DNA of 64,000 nucleotides, from NCBI GenBank assembly GCA_017379935.1, contig JAFNVC010000025.1:44217-108216 (forward strand), read 5' to 3'. This DNA comes from Clostridia bacterium (GTDB lineage Bacteria > Bacillota > Clostridia > Oscillospirales > Acutalibacteraceae). The position numbers and the translations under genes are program-made. Below are positions 10,139 to 19,038 of this stretch, in pieces. The notes under the pieces were generated by a model. That model did not search any database and was not told where the DNA came from. It worked only from the letters and a program-made list of their open reading frames with translations. Numbering within the stretch: position 1 is the stretch's first letter; every line of letters begins with the position of its first letter.

Positions 10139-11023
10139 ATGAATAAAAAAATGACTTCAAAGGTTATCCGCACGATTGTTATTCAGGCGGTGCTGGTAAT
10201 CGTAACGATAACGGTTGTCGGCGGTGCGGTGATCACTCACCAGAAATATAAAAGCACTCCCGACCCTGACAGCACCACTTCCTCCGTGCAGGATTCAACA
10301 TCACAGTCCACCGAGGTGACCGACACGCAAAGCACATCCTCTTCAACCTCTCAGCAGCCGACACAGTCCGATGAAGAAGAAGCATCATCAACCGAGCCGA
10401 CCTACGACAGCAACAAGTACCCCTACGGTTACGCCGGCTTTATGCCCGAAATCACGGACACAAGCGTTGATATTTCAAAAATTCTCGTCAACGGAAAATA
10501 TTCTCTGCCGGAAAACTACAAGCCGACTCTTGCTGAGGCGGTCAAGGGCTCAGGAGTAATGCTGGACTACCGCGTTGCGCCTTACTATCAGGCGATGTAC
10601 GATGCCGCAAAGGCTGACGGAATCACTCTTACTCCCGTTTCTGGCTACCGCTCCTATCAGCGTCAGACAAACAACTTTGAAAACCGTATCAAGGAAAATA
10701 TGAACGCCGGTCTCGACCGCAAGGAGGCTACAATCAAGGCGGCAACCGTAATTATGGTTCCCGGCTCGAGCGAGCACAACGCAGGTCTCGCAATGGACAT
10801 CTGCTCACTTTCGGAAAGCTTTGAAAACACAAAGGAATTCGAATGGCTTAACGAAAATGCGGCAAACTACGGCTTTATCCTCCGCTATCCCAAGGATGCA
10901 GAATCCAGGGAGATTACGGGCGTTGTATATGAGCCGTGGCACTACCGCTACGTCGGCATTGAGACCGCAAAGGACATCAAGGCCAAGGGTGTTACTCTCG
11001 AGGAATATTTAGGAAAGGCTTAA
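10139..11023 (+). CDS. D-alanyl-D-alanine carboxypeptidase, VanY / peptidase M15B family, membrane anchored
   Basis: 294 aa. N-terminal TM, a Ser/Thr-rich linker, then 'SGYRSYQRQ', 'SEHNAGLAMD', 'EPWHYRYVG' (M15B zinc and catalytic motifs). Confidence 0.85.
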   Translation: MNKKMTSKVIRTIVIQAVLVIVTITVVGGAVITHQKYKSTPDPDSTTSSVQDSTSQSTEVTDTQSTSSSTSQQPTQSDEEEASSTEPTYDSNKYPYGYAGFMPEITDTSVDISKILVNGKYSLPENYKPTLAEAVKGSGVMLDYRVAPYYQAMYDAAKADGITLTPVSGYRSYQRQTNNFENRIKENMNAGLDRKEATIKAATVIMVPGSSEHNAGLAMDICSLSESFENTKEFEWLNENAANYGFILRYPKDAESREITGVVYEPWHYRYVGIETAKDIKAKGVTLEEYLGKA

Positions 11024-11619
11024 TCAGCATCCTTTATATCCGCACGCTTGAGAACCTTTATAAAGGTTTTAAAAATAATTTCTATATCGAACTTAAAGCT
11101 CTGTTTTTCGACATATTCCTTGTCGAGCAGAGCTTTTGTTTTGTCATCAATGTTATCTCTGCCGTTAATCTGGGCAAGTCCCGTGATGCCGGGAAGCACA
11201 CTGTAAACACCGTATTGCTCACGAAGCTCACGGATTTCCTTTTCCGCGGGAATAAGCGGACGCGGTCCGACGATGCTCATCGTTCCGTTAAGAATATTGA
11301 ACAGCTGCGGCAGCTCGTCGATGCTCGTAAGTCGGAGAAATCTTCCCGTTTTCGTGATTTTTTCGTCCGCATCGGAAAGCTCCGACGTCGCAATGTCACC
11401 GATTCCGTTACGCATCGTGCGGAATTTATAAACAGTGAAAATTTTATTATCCTTGCCGACACGCTCCTGTCTGAACAACACGGGCGCACCGTCAGTTACA
11501 AGGATTAAAACCGAAACAACAAGAAACAGCGGGGACAGTAAAATCACCGCAACAAGACTTGCCGTAAAATCAAAAATTCTTTTCACCCGCGCACCTCCGT
11601 TCAGTGCAGTCTGTTCCAC
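11020..11619 (-). CDS. small monotopic phosphoglycosyl (bacterial sugar) transferase
   Basis: 199 aa with 'PVLFRQERVGKDNKIFTVYKFRTM' and 'DELPQLFNILNGTMSIVGPRP' (PF02397-type motifs). Overlaps the upstream gene by 19 nt. Confidence 0.85.
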   Translation of the reverse strand: MEQTALNGGARVKRIFDFTASLVAVILLSPLFLVVSVLILVTDGAPVLFRQERVGKDNKIFTVYKFRTMRNGIGDIATSELSDADEKITKTGRFLRLTSIDELPQLFNILNGTMSIVGPRPLIPAEKEIRELREQYGVYSVLPGITGLAQINGRDNIDDKTKALLDKEYVEKQSFKFDIEIIFKTFIKVLKRADIKDAD

Positions 11620-12206
11620 AGAATATAATCGTCAATAAGTACCGCCCTCACAGGTGCGCCGTCGATAGCACCCATTTTTACAGGAAGGGCAATCAGGTAA
11701 TAATCGCCCGGCTCAACCTCGGAGAGGTCGAGGTTTTCAAGTATGGCAACATCATTCTGCAAAAAAGCCTTGTGCGGCTTGAGCTGGTCGCCCGACTTGC
11801 CGATAGAATCGGCATCCGTTCCGATAAGACAGATACCTGTATCGACCGCCTCGTAAGCGGCGCTTTCCATAAAGAACGACTGTCCGTCACCCTTTATGAG
11901 AAGTCTCGCGCAATGCTTCGGAAAATACTTGTTGACGTATTCACCCGTGATTATTCCCGGAGGAACCTCAATAACCGTGCACTGACCGATGTATTTGTTA
12001 AGATCAGCCTCTTCAATCGTCTCTCCGCCCTCGAGGAAATGGCACGGCGCATCAGCGTGAGTCGCAGTATGCACGCATGCGTAGACTGCCGACAGGTTGC
12101 AGACATCGCCTTTTTCGATGCTCATCACCGTATCAAGCCTTGTTTCGGGATCTCCCGGATATTCGATTGTTGTCAGCAGCGGTCTGGAAATGTCAACAAT
12201 ATTCAT
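11601..12206 (-). CDS. cyclase-family protein (kynurenine formamidase-like metal hydrolase)
   Basis: 201 aa. 'VHTATHADAPCHF' fits the HxxTHxDxPxH cyclase/arylformamidase motif. Confidence 0.7.
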   Translation of the reverse strand: MNIVDISRPLLTTIEYPGDPETRLDTVMSIEKGDVCNLSAVYACVHTATHADAPCHFLEGGETIEEADLNKYIGQCTVIEVPPGIITGEYVNKYFPKHCARLLIKGDGQSFFMESAAYEAVDTGICLIGTDADSIGKSGDQLKPHKAFLQNDVAILENLDLSEVEPGDYYLIALPVKMGAIDGAPVRAVLIDDYILWNRLH

Positions 12207-12227
12207 AAATCAACATCCTTTGATGTT

Positions 12228-13346
12228 TTATTTGTTCTGCTCAGCAAGCGAAATCTGCTTTAAATAAGCGTTGATGAAGCCGTCGATATCGCCGTCCATA
12301 ACTGCATTGATGTTACCCATTTCGTAGCCCGTACGATGATCCTTCGCAAGGGTGTAGGGCATAAAGACGTAGGAGCGGATCTGGCTGCCCCAGCCGATTT
12401 CCTTCTGCTCGCCCTTGATGTCTTCAATCTTGTCAAGATGTTCTCTTTCCTTGATTTCAAGAAGCTTTGACTTAAGCATACGCATAGCAACCTCGCGGTT
12501 CTGATGCTGGCTTCGCTCAACCTGACAGGAAACAACGATATTAGTCGGAATATGGATAAGACGGACCGCAGATGAGGTCTTGTTAACCTTCTGTCCGCCC
12601 GCACCGGATGCGCGGTAAACCTCCATCTTGATATCGTCGGGGCTGATATTGACCTCGATTGTATCATCGATTTCGGGCATAACCTCAAGAGATGCGAAGG
12701 AAGTGTGTCTTCTTCCCGAGGAGTCGAACGGAGAAACACGGACAAGACGGTGAACGCCAGCCTCACTCTTCATATAGCCGTAAGCGTTTTCACCCTCGAT
12801 GCGAAGCACTGCAGATTTGAGACCTGCTTCATCGCCGTCAAGAAAGTCAATCATACTCACCTTGAAGCCGTGCTGCTCGCCCCAACGCATATACATTCTG
12901 ACAAGCATCTGATTCCAGTCCTGAGCCTCTGTTCCGCCCGCACCTGCGTGGAAGGTAAGAACAGCGTTCTTTGCGTCATATTCACCCGAAAGAAGCGTGC
13001 TGAGAGTCTGCTTATCAAGCTCTGCCACAAAATCGTTAACGCTTGAACGGCACTCGTCAAACATATCAAGATCCTCTTCCATATCTGAAAGCTCGATAAG
13101 AGTGACTGTGTCGCTGAATGTTGACTTCAGATTTTCATACTTTGAAATTTTATTTTTAAGACCTGCAATCTTCTGAAGGACAACCTGAGTATTTGCAATA
13201 TCATCCCAGAAGCCGTCCTGTGCGGTCTGCTCCTCAAGGGAGGCAACCTCCGCCTTCATTCCGTCGAGACCGAGTGCCTCGCCGAGCTCCTTAAGCTTAT
13301 CCTCGTAACCGAGCAATTCAAGTCTTAACTCTTCAAACTGTACCAT
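12228..13346 (-). CDS. prfB: peptide chain release factor 2 (no programmed frameshift)
   Basis: RF2-specific 'SPF' (VSPFDSSGRRHTSFA) and GGQ (RASGAGGQKVNKTSSAVR). The likely start is the ATG at 13346 (MVQFEEL), 9 nt after GGAG. The track start at 13361 is a TTG overlapping that RBS. Confidence 0.93.
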   Translation of the reverse strand: MVQFEELRLELLGYEDKLKELGEALGLDGMKAEVASLEEQTAQDGFWDDIANTQVVLQKIAGLKNKISKYENLKSTFSDTVTLIELSDMEEDLDMFDECRSSVNDFVAELDKQTLSTLLSGEYDAKNAVLTFHAGAGGTEAQDWNQMLVRMYMRWGEQHGFKVSMIDFLDGDEAGLKSAVLRIEGENAYGYMKSEAGVHRLVRVSPFDSSGRRHTSFASLEVMPEIDDTIEVNISPDDIKMEVYRASGAGGQKVNKTSSAVRLIHIPTNIVVSCQVERSQHQNREVAMRMLKSKLLEIKEREHLDKIEDIKGEQKEIGWGSQIRSYVFMPYTLAKDHRTGYEMGNINAVMDGDIDGFINAYLKQISLAEQNK

Positions 13347-13510
13347 TTCATACCACTCCAAATTAAAAGTACATATTTTAACTCCATAATTATACAGTAA
13401 AATTATCCTTATGTAAAGAATTCTTTTTATTTGTTTTAAAAATATTCAAAAATACTCTACACTATTGTAAAATGTTGTGATATAATATAGGTGTAAAAAT
13501 TTACAGACTG

Positions 13511-14494
13511 GTGAGAAATTTGTTTTTTGACGGAAAAATTTGTGACGGCTGTGCCGAGGTAATGAACGACAGCGAGGATATCGTTGTCTGCCCCGAATGC
13601 GGTACACCCCAGCACAGAGAATGCTATAAAAAGAATAACGCTTGTGTGAACGAGCATCTGCACGCTGAGGGCTTTGACTGGCGCGAGGCTAACATCAAGC
13701 CAGAGGAGTCGAAGAATGAGGATCTGCCCAAGCCCGAGGAGGCTGTCGGCAACTCCGCACCCTTGTTTAACGCAAACGGCGGCATCCCCGAGACCGCCCT
13801 CCCGATGTTCAACGTGCAGTCGGTCGTAATTGACGGCAAGACGGTCAGCACAAGCAAGCGCTTCAACGGAATCAGCGTCAAGGATGCAATGACATACCTT
13901 CAGATCAACGCAAACAGATATCTTGCAAAGTTCATCAAGAACGAGCATAAGAAGAACTTTATTTCGTGGAACTGGGGCGCATTCTTCTTTACCCCCGCAT
14001 GGTTCTTCTACCGCAAGCTTTACAAGGCGGGCGCATTCTTCCTGAGCTTCATTATCGCTGCAACCCTCATCGCTATGCCGTATTCGGGCATCATCGCGGA
14101 ATCGGCAGAGGTGCTCGAGCCTCTGGGTGAGAATCTCCGGACGGCAACGACCGCTTATATTGAGGATCAGAACGAGAATAACGAGGCGGCTGTGCTCGCC
14201 GCGTCAGATGCTTATATGGCGGAGGCACGAAAGGTTCTGCCCTACGTACTCGCCGTTGATGCAGTTACGTTTCTTATTCCCTGCACGCTCGCGGCAATTA
14301 TGGCGAACAGCCTTTACCGCAACAAGATGCTCGAGGACATCCGCATCGCACGCCAGGCTACGAGAGACCCGAACATTCAGCGATATTCACTTATTCGCCG
14401 CGGCGGCGTCTCAATTGTTGCAGGTCTTGCGGCAATTATGGCAGAAAGCTATCTGCCCTCCATTATTATGTCAGTTATTAAAAGCTTTATATAA
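13511..14494 (+). CDS. membrane protein with N-terminal RING/PHD-like zinc finger and DUF2628-like TM domain
   Basis: 327 aa. 'CDGC-x12-CPEC-x4-H-x2-C-x6-C' Cys/His cluster, then 'WNWGAFFFTPAWFFYRKLYK' (DUF2628-type) and more TM helices. Start uncertain: GTG at 13511 or TTG at 13520. Confidence 0.55.
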   Translation: MRNLFFDGKICDGCAEVMNDSEDIVVCPECGTPQHRECYKKNNACVNEHLHAEGFDWREANIKPEESKNEDLPKPEEAVGNSAPLFNANGGIPETALPMFNVQSVVIDGKTVSTSKRFNGISVKDAMTYLQINANRYLAKFIKNEHKKNFISWNWGAFFFTPAWFFYRKLYKAGAFFLSFIIAATLIAMPYSGIIAESAEVLEPLGENLRTATTAYIEDQNENNEAAVLAASDAYMAEARKVLPYVLAVDAVTFLIPCTLAAIMANSLYRNKMLEDIRIARQATRDPNIQRYSLIRRGGVSIVAGLAAIMAESYLPSIIMSVIKSFI

Positions 14495-14519
14495 CAATTG
14501 TTTATAGGAGGAGTTTACA

Positions 14520-15407
14520 ATGAAAATCAAAAAGGCTATTATCCCCGCAGCAGGTCTCGGCACAAGAGTTCTGCCCGCATCAAAGGCAGTGCCGAAGGAA
14601 ATGCTCAACATCGTTGACAAGCCGGCTATCCAGTACATCGTTGAGGAAGCTGCCGCTGCAGGTATCGAGGATATCCTTATCATCACAAACCGCGGTAAGG
14701 GTGTTATCGAGGATCACTTCGACCACAGCTACGAGCTCGAAGACAAGCTTTCAAAGAATCCCTCAAAGAAGGATCTCTACGAGGACGTTCTCGCTTGCTC
14801 AAATATCGCAAACGTTTATTTCATCCGTCAGAAGGAAACAAAGGGTCTCGGCCACGCTATTATGTGCGCTAAGAGCTTTGTCGGCAACGAGCCGTTCGCA
14901 ATTCTCTACGGTGATGACGTTATCATCAACAACGAATACCCCGTTACAAAGCAGCTCGTTGACATCTACGAGCAGACAGGCAAGGGTGTTGTAGGCGTTA
15001 AGGAGGTTCCGAGAAAGGACGTTTCCAAGTACTGCTCACTCGACATCACTCATCACGAGGATAACGAGAAGGTTATGGACGTTCACAACATCATCGAGAA
15101 GCCGACAGACGATCAGATTATGTCCTGCTACTCAATCCTCGGCAGAGTTGTTGCTCCTCCGCAGGTATTCGACTATCTTGCAGAAGACCTTGCAAACACT
15201 CCCGAAGGCGAAGAACTCTACTTCACAGATACTCTTACACGTCTCGGTAAGGAAGGTAACCTTCTTGCTCTTGATTTTGACGGCATCCGTTACGATATGG
15301 GTAACAAGCTCGGCATTATGAAGGCAAACTGCGAGGTTGCTCTTGACCACGACGAAATCGGTGAGGACTTCAAGGCATACATCAAGGAGCTTGCTGCTCA
15401 GCTTTAA
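14520..15407 (+). CDS. galU: UTP-glucose-1-phosphate uridylyltransferase
   Basis: 295 aa with 'IIPAAGLGTRVLPASKAVPKEML' and 'QKETKGLGHA'. RBS AGGAGGAG. Confidence 0.93.
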   Translation: MKIKKAIIPAAGLGTRVLPASKAVPKEMLNIVDKPAIQYIVEEAAAAGIEDILIITNRGKGVIEDHFDHSYELEDKLSKNPSKKDLYEDVLACSNIANVYFIRQKETKGLGHAIMCAKSFVGNEPFAILYGDDVIINNEYPVTKQLVDIYEQTGKGVVGVKEVPRKDVSKYCSLDITHHEDNEKVMDVHNIIEKPTDDQIMSCYSILGRVVAPPQVFDYLAEDLANTPEGEELYFTDTLTRLGKEGNLLALDFDGIRYDMGNKLGIMKANCEVALDHDEIGEDFKAYIKELAAQL

Positions 15408-15421
15408 TCTGAACATAACTG

Positions 15422-15452
15422 TGGCACACTTCGCGAGGAGTGTGCCATTTTA
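15422..15452 (+). terminator. intrinsic terminator after galU
   Basis: TGGCACACT / AGTGTGCCA stem, 8-nt loop, then TTTTAT. Confidence 0.75.
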
Positions 15453-15469
15453 TCAAGAGGTAGATTTAT

Positions 15470-16777
15470 ATGCATAAAAAATTAGCACCTACTCCCCCTA
15501 TGGGATGGAACAGCTGGGACTGCTACGGCGCCGCTGTCAACGAGGAGCAGCTTCTTGCCAACGCGGACTATATGGCGGAGCATCTTAAGGACTACGGCTG
15601 GGAATATATCGTATGTGACATCCAGTGGTCCGAGCCGACAGCAAACAGCTTTTATTATCACTATTTTGCACCGCTTTGTATGGACGAGTATTCGCGTCTC
15701 ATCCCCTCGGTTGAGCGCTTCCCCTCCTCCGCGGGCGGCAAGGGCTTCAAGCCGATTGCAGATTATATCCATTCACTCGGACTTAAATTCGGCATACATA
15801 TAATGCGAGGCATTCCACGTCAGGCGGCGCATCAGAACACAAAAATCAAGTGCGAGGGTGTAACAGCAAGAGATATTGCCAATCCGTCCTCAATCTGTCT
15901 GTGGAATCCCGATATGTACGGTCTTAACACAAACAGCAAGGGCGCGCAGGAATATTACGATTCAATCTTTGAGCTTTATGCCTCCTGGGGCGTTGACTAC
16001 ATCAAATGCGACGATATCGCAAACACGGAAATCTTCCCCCACAATCCATATTCCGCACGAAAAGAAATCGAAATGCTCCGCAAGGCTATCGACAAATGCG
16101 GCAGACCGATGGTTCTCAGCCTTTCTCCCGGCCCCGCACCCGTATGCGAGCACGAGCATCTCGCGGCTAACGCTAATCTCTGGCGTATGACGGGCGATTT
16201 CTGGGACGAGTGGGAGAAGCTCCACTCGATGTTTGAACGTTGCTACGCATGGCAGGAGTACGTTCAGCCGGGTGCATGGCCTGACTGCGATATGCTTCCC
16301 CTCGGAAGAATCCAGAAAACCGAGGAGCTCGAGGAATACAGAAACCGCTACACACGCTTCACTCACGATGAGCAGATAACGATGATGACTCTCTGGGGCA
16401 TCTTCCGCTCACCGCTGATGATGGGCGGTGAAATGCGCGAGAATGACGAATTCACGCTCTCCCTTCTGCAGAACAGAGAGCTTATCGATATGCACAAGCA
16501 CTCACACGGCGCAAGACAGTTCAGCCGTGAGGAGGAAGACGGCAAGGGCAAGATTATCTGGACATCCACTGGCGAGGGCTGTAAGTACGTTGCGCTCTTC
16601 AACACGGATGACAAGAAGAGAGACATCTCTTTCGATATCACCAAAATCTCAATCGGCGGTGTAAAATACAGCGTTTGGGATATGTGGTCACACGAGGAGC
16701 ACGCCGTGACCGACGGAGAATTTGCCGCAAGCGTAAATCCCCACGGCGCAAGACTTTTCAAAATTACAATTAAATAA
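15470..16777 (+). CDS. alpha-galactosidase, GH27-like (no signal peptide)
   Basis: 435 aa. 'PPMGWNSWDCYG' N-terminal motif and 'VDYIKCDD' nucleophile motif, both typical of GH27. Confidence 0.8.
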   Translation: MHKKLAPTPPMGWNSWDCYGAAVNEEQLLANADYMAEHLKDYGWEYIVCDIQWSEPTANSFYYHYFAPLCMDEYSRLIPSVERFPSSAGGKGFKPIADYIHSLGLKFGIHIMRGIPRQAAHQNTKIKCEGVTARDIANPSSICLWNPDMYGLNTNSKGAQEYYDSIFELYASWGVDYIKCDDIANTEIFPHNPYSARKEIEMLRKAIDKCGRPMVLSLSPGPAPVCEHEHLAANANLWRMTGDFWDEWEKLHSMFERCYAWQEYVQPGAWPDCDMLPLGRIQKTEELEEYRNRYTRFTHDEQITMMTLWGIFRSPLMMGGEMRENDEFTLSLLQNRELIDMHKHSHGARQFSREEEDGKGKIIWTSTGEGCKYVALFNTDDKKRDISFDITKISIGGVKYSVWDMWSHEEHAVTDGEFAASVNPHGARLFKITIK

Positions 16778-16791
16778 GATAAATAAGAAAA

Positions 16792-16819
16792 CGGTGTAGC
16801 CCCGAGGGGTTACACCGTA
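16792..16819. terminator. bidirectional terminator between the GH27 gene and folT
   Basis: ACGGTGTAGCCCC / GGGGTTACACCGT hairpin, flanked by an A-run on the left and ATTTTTAT on the right. Confidence 0.75.
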
Positions 16820-16823
16820 ATTT

Positions 16824-17336
16824 TTATCCTGCCATATTTTTAAGCTTCTTTGCAACCTTGAGGCGGTTGAAGAAGATCTCTGCAAAAACAATCTGAACCA
16901 CGGAAAGTGCAATAACCTGCCAGACACGGACCGAGATAAGGGCTTTGAAATCCGAGCTGTACATAATTGACAGCCACAGTGTATTGAGAATACCGCTGCA
17001 GAAAAACTCGTTGAAAACAACACCCACAATGATTTTCCACGTTGTGCAGTTTTTATGAAAGGCGAAGCCGTAAATCAATCCCGAAAGTGCCGCCGTCACC
17101 GTAAAGCCCGGAAAAAACGCTCCTGAAGGAAAGGCAATCGCACCGATAAGGTCGCTGATTGTTGCAACCGCAACACCGCCTGCCGGCCCGAAAAGGTATG
17201 CGGCAAACATAATCGGAATAAAGGAAAAACCGATCTTAAGGTGCTGCAGATTTATTGATAAGAAGCGGGAAAGCACAACCTGCATCGCGATAAAAAGCGC
17301 GCAGAGAACAATCTTTACCATAGTTTTCTTTCGCAT
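16824..17336 (-). CDS. folT: ECF-transporter S component, folate family
   Basis: About 170 aa with 5-6 TM helices ('IVLCALFIAMQVVLSRF', 'IPIMFAAYLFGPAGG'). A THF riboswitch lies directly upstream. Start ambiguous: the TTG at 17351 is only 3 nt from GGGAGG, so TTG at 17345 or ATG at 17336 is more likely. Confidence 0.75.
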   Translation of the reverse strand: MRKKTMVKIVLCALFIAMQVVLSRFLSINLQHLKIGFSFIPIMFAAYLFGPAGGVAVATISDLIGAIAFPSGAFFPGFTVTAALSGLIYGFAFHKNCTTWKIIVGVVFNEFFCSGILNTLWLSIMYSSDFKALISVRVWQVIALSVVQIVFAEIFFNRLKVAKKLKNMAG

Positions 17337-17401
17337 TGTATTCAAAATCAAAAACCTCCCATCATCCGTAATGAATAATAGAGAGGCTTATCTCGGTACT
17401 A

Positions 17402-17483
17402 TTCAGCGGGATGCGACAGTGGCTGCAAACGCCGACGGACAACTCCCCGTCCCGTCGGAATATAAGCAACTGTCTACTCTGAA
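17402..17483 (-). promoter_or_regulatory. THF (tetrahydrofolate, folT-motif) riboswitch aptamer
   Basis: Minus-strand RNA UUCAGAGUAGACAGUUGC..CCGACGGGACGGGGAGUUGUCCGUCGG..GCAGCCACUGUCGCAUCCCGCUGAA. It has the conserved AGAGUAG, P1 UUCAG/CUGAA, P2 ACAGU+UGC/GCA+ACUGU and P3 CCGACGGAC/GUCCGUCGG. The 3' GCAUCCCGCU can pseudoknot with the G-rich P3 loop. The layout is collinear with the crystallised E. siraeum THF aptamer as I recall it. A downstream CCUCUC could mask the GGGAGG SD. Confidence 0.8.
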
Positions 17484-17590
17484 AATAATTTTTCGAATTA
17501 TGCTTACATTATATACCTGTTTTCTGAAAAGTAAAGTGTTTTTAACAGAAAAAACCCGTATGCCGTCAACGACATACGGGAAATTTTCAA

Positions 17591-18736
17591 TTACATAAGG
17601 CTGTTGTAAAGAGCTGTGATTTCTTCAACGCTTGTGTCGCGCGGATTGCCCGGACGGCAAGCATCGTCGAATGCTGACTGTGCAAGGAACGGGATATCCT
17701 CTGCCTTAACGATTTCCTTAAGGTCTGCGGGGATACCTACGTCTGCTGAAAGCTTCTTAACAGCGTCAACTGCTGCCTTGCGGTACTCTTCAACTGTCAT
17801 TGTCTCTGTGCCCTCAACGCCCATAGCCTTTGCGATTTCTCTGTACTTCTCGCCTGTTTCGGGTGCGTTGTATTCCATAATTGTGGGAAGAAGAATTGCA
17901 TTAGCAACACCGTGAGGTGTGTCATAAAGTGCGCCGAGCGGATGAGCCATTGAATGAACGATGCCGAGACCTACATTTGAGAAGCCCATACCTGCAACGT
18001 ACTGACCGAGTGCCATACCCTCTCTGCCCTCGTCTGTGTTTTCAACTGCACCGCGGAGGCTCTTTGCGATGATTTCGATAGCCTTGATGTGGAACATATC
18101 AGAAAGCTCCCAAGCGCCCTTTGTGATGTAGCCCTCGATAGCATGTGTAAGAGCGTCCATACCTGTTGCTGCTGTAAGACCCTTGGGCATTGATGCCATC
18201 ATATCGGGGTCAACAACTGCTACAACGGGGATGTCGTGAACGTCAACGCAAACCATCTTGCGGTTCTTTTCAGCGTCTGTGATAACGTAGTTGATTGTAA
18301 CCTCAGCTGCTGTACCTGCTGTTGTGGGAACTGCGATGATGGGAACGCACTTGTTTGTTGTCGGAGCTACGCCCTCAAGTGAGCGGACATCTGCGAAATC
18401 GGGGTTTGTAATGATGATACCGATTGCCTTTGCTGTGTCCATTGAAGAACCGCCGCCGATAGCAACGATGCAGTCTGCGCCTGCTGCCTTGAAAGCCTCA
18501 ACGCCTGCCTGAACGTTTTCGATTGTCGGGTTCGGCTTGATTTCGCTGAACATTGCATATTCAATGCCTGCAGCCTCGAGGATATCCGTTACCTTCTTGG
18601 AAACGCCGAACTTGATAAGATCGGGGTCAGAAGCAACAAAAGCCTTCTTGAAGCCGCGTGCCTTAATCTCGTCAGGGATAGCGTTGATAGCGCCCTTACC
18701 GTGATATGATGTTTCGTTAAGTACAAATCTGTTCAT
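17591..18736 (-). CDS. fucO: lactaldehyde reductase / 1,2-propanediol oxidoreductase (iron-containing alcohol dehydrogenase)
   Basis: Collinear with E. coli FucO as recalled ('NRxxLNET', 'IAIGGGS', 'PTTAGTAAEVTINYVITD', 'GYITKGAW', 'HSMAHPLG', 'HGVANAILLP'). The ATG at 18736 is correctly spaced from AAGGAGA, whereas the track start at 18745 abuts the RBS. Confidence 0.85.
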   Translation of the reverse strand: MNRFVLNETSYHGKGAINAIPDEIKARGFKKAFVASDPDLIKFGVSKKVTDILEAAGIEYAMFSEIKPNPTIENVQAGVEAFKAAGADCIVAIGGGSSMDTAKAIGIIITNPDFADVRSLEGVAPTTNKCVPIIAVPTTAGTAAEVTINYVITDAEKNRKMVCVDVHDIPVVAVVDPDMMASMPKGLTAATGMDALTHAIEGYITKGAWELSDMFHIKAIEIIAKSLRGAVENTDEGREGMALGQYVAGMGFSNVGLGIVHSMAHPLGALYDTPHGVANAILLPTIMEYNAPETGEKYREIAKAMGVEGTETMTVEEYRKAAVDAVKKLSADVGIPADLKEIVKAEDIPFLAQSAFDDACRPGNPRDTSVEEITALYNSLM

Positions 18737-18934
18737 TGGTTTCATTCTCCTTTTGCCGTTTCGGCTAAAATTACAACTATATTATAATACGGTTTCCTGC
18801 AAAATTCCATTGACAATTTGTTAACAATCCGTATGTTTTTTATGTTAATTTTGCCGATTTTTACAAAGCCCACAACATCTTGTAGATAAAGGAATTCCGC
18901 CCGACTAATCCGCTAAAAAAGATAAGAAAAAGCC

Positions 18935-18963
18935 TTGACTTTATTCACTTTTATATGTATAAT
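18935..18963 (+). promoter_or_regulatory. consensus SigA promoter of rpsF-ssb-rpsR (TTGACT-17-TATAAT)
   Basis: -35 at 18935-18940, 17-nt spacer, -10 at 18958-18963. Confidence 0.7.
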
Positions 18964-18969
18964 ATCAAG

Positions 18970-19030
18970 GCTGTGAAATTTTCAACACAGCATCCTTGCC
19001 ACTTCGGTGGCCAAAAGACCAGAAGGAGGT
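18970..19030 (+). promoter_or_regulatory. structured rpsF 5' leader (possible S6:S18 autoregulatory element)
   Basis: Two hairpins sit between the promoter and the SD: GCUGUG-loop-CACAGC and GCCAC-UUCG-GUGGC. The position matches the known Firmicute rpsF leader, but the motif identity was not verified. Confidence 0.3.
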
Positions 19031-19038
19031 GCTTTTAG

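Noticed and set aside
17371-17598. 75-aa plus-strand ORF
   Set aside because: It overlaps the complement of the THF riboswitch and the fucO stop region. No SD is present. The riboswitch explains the sequence conservation better.
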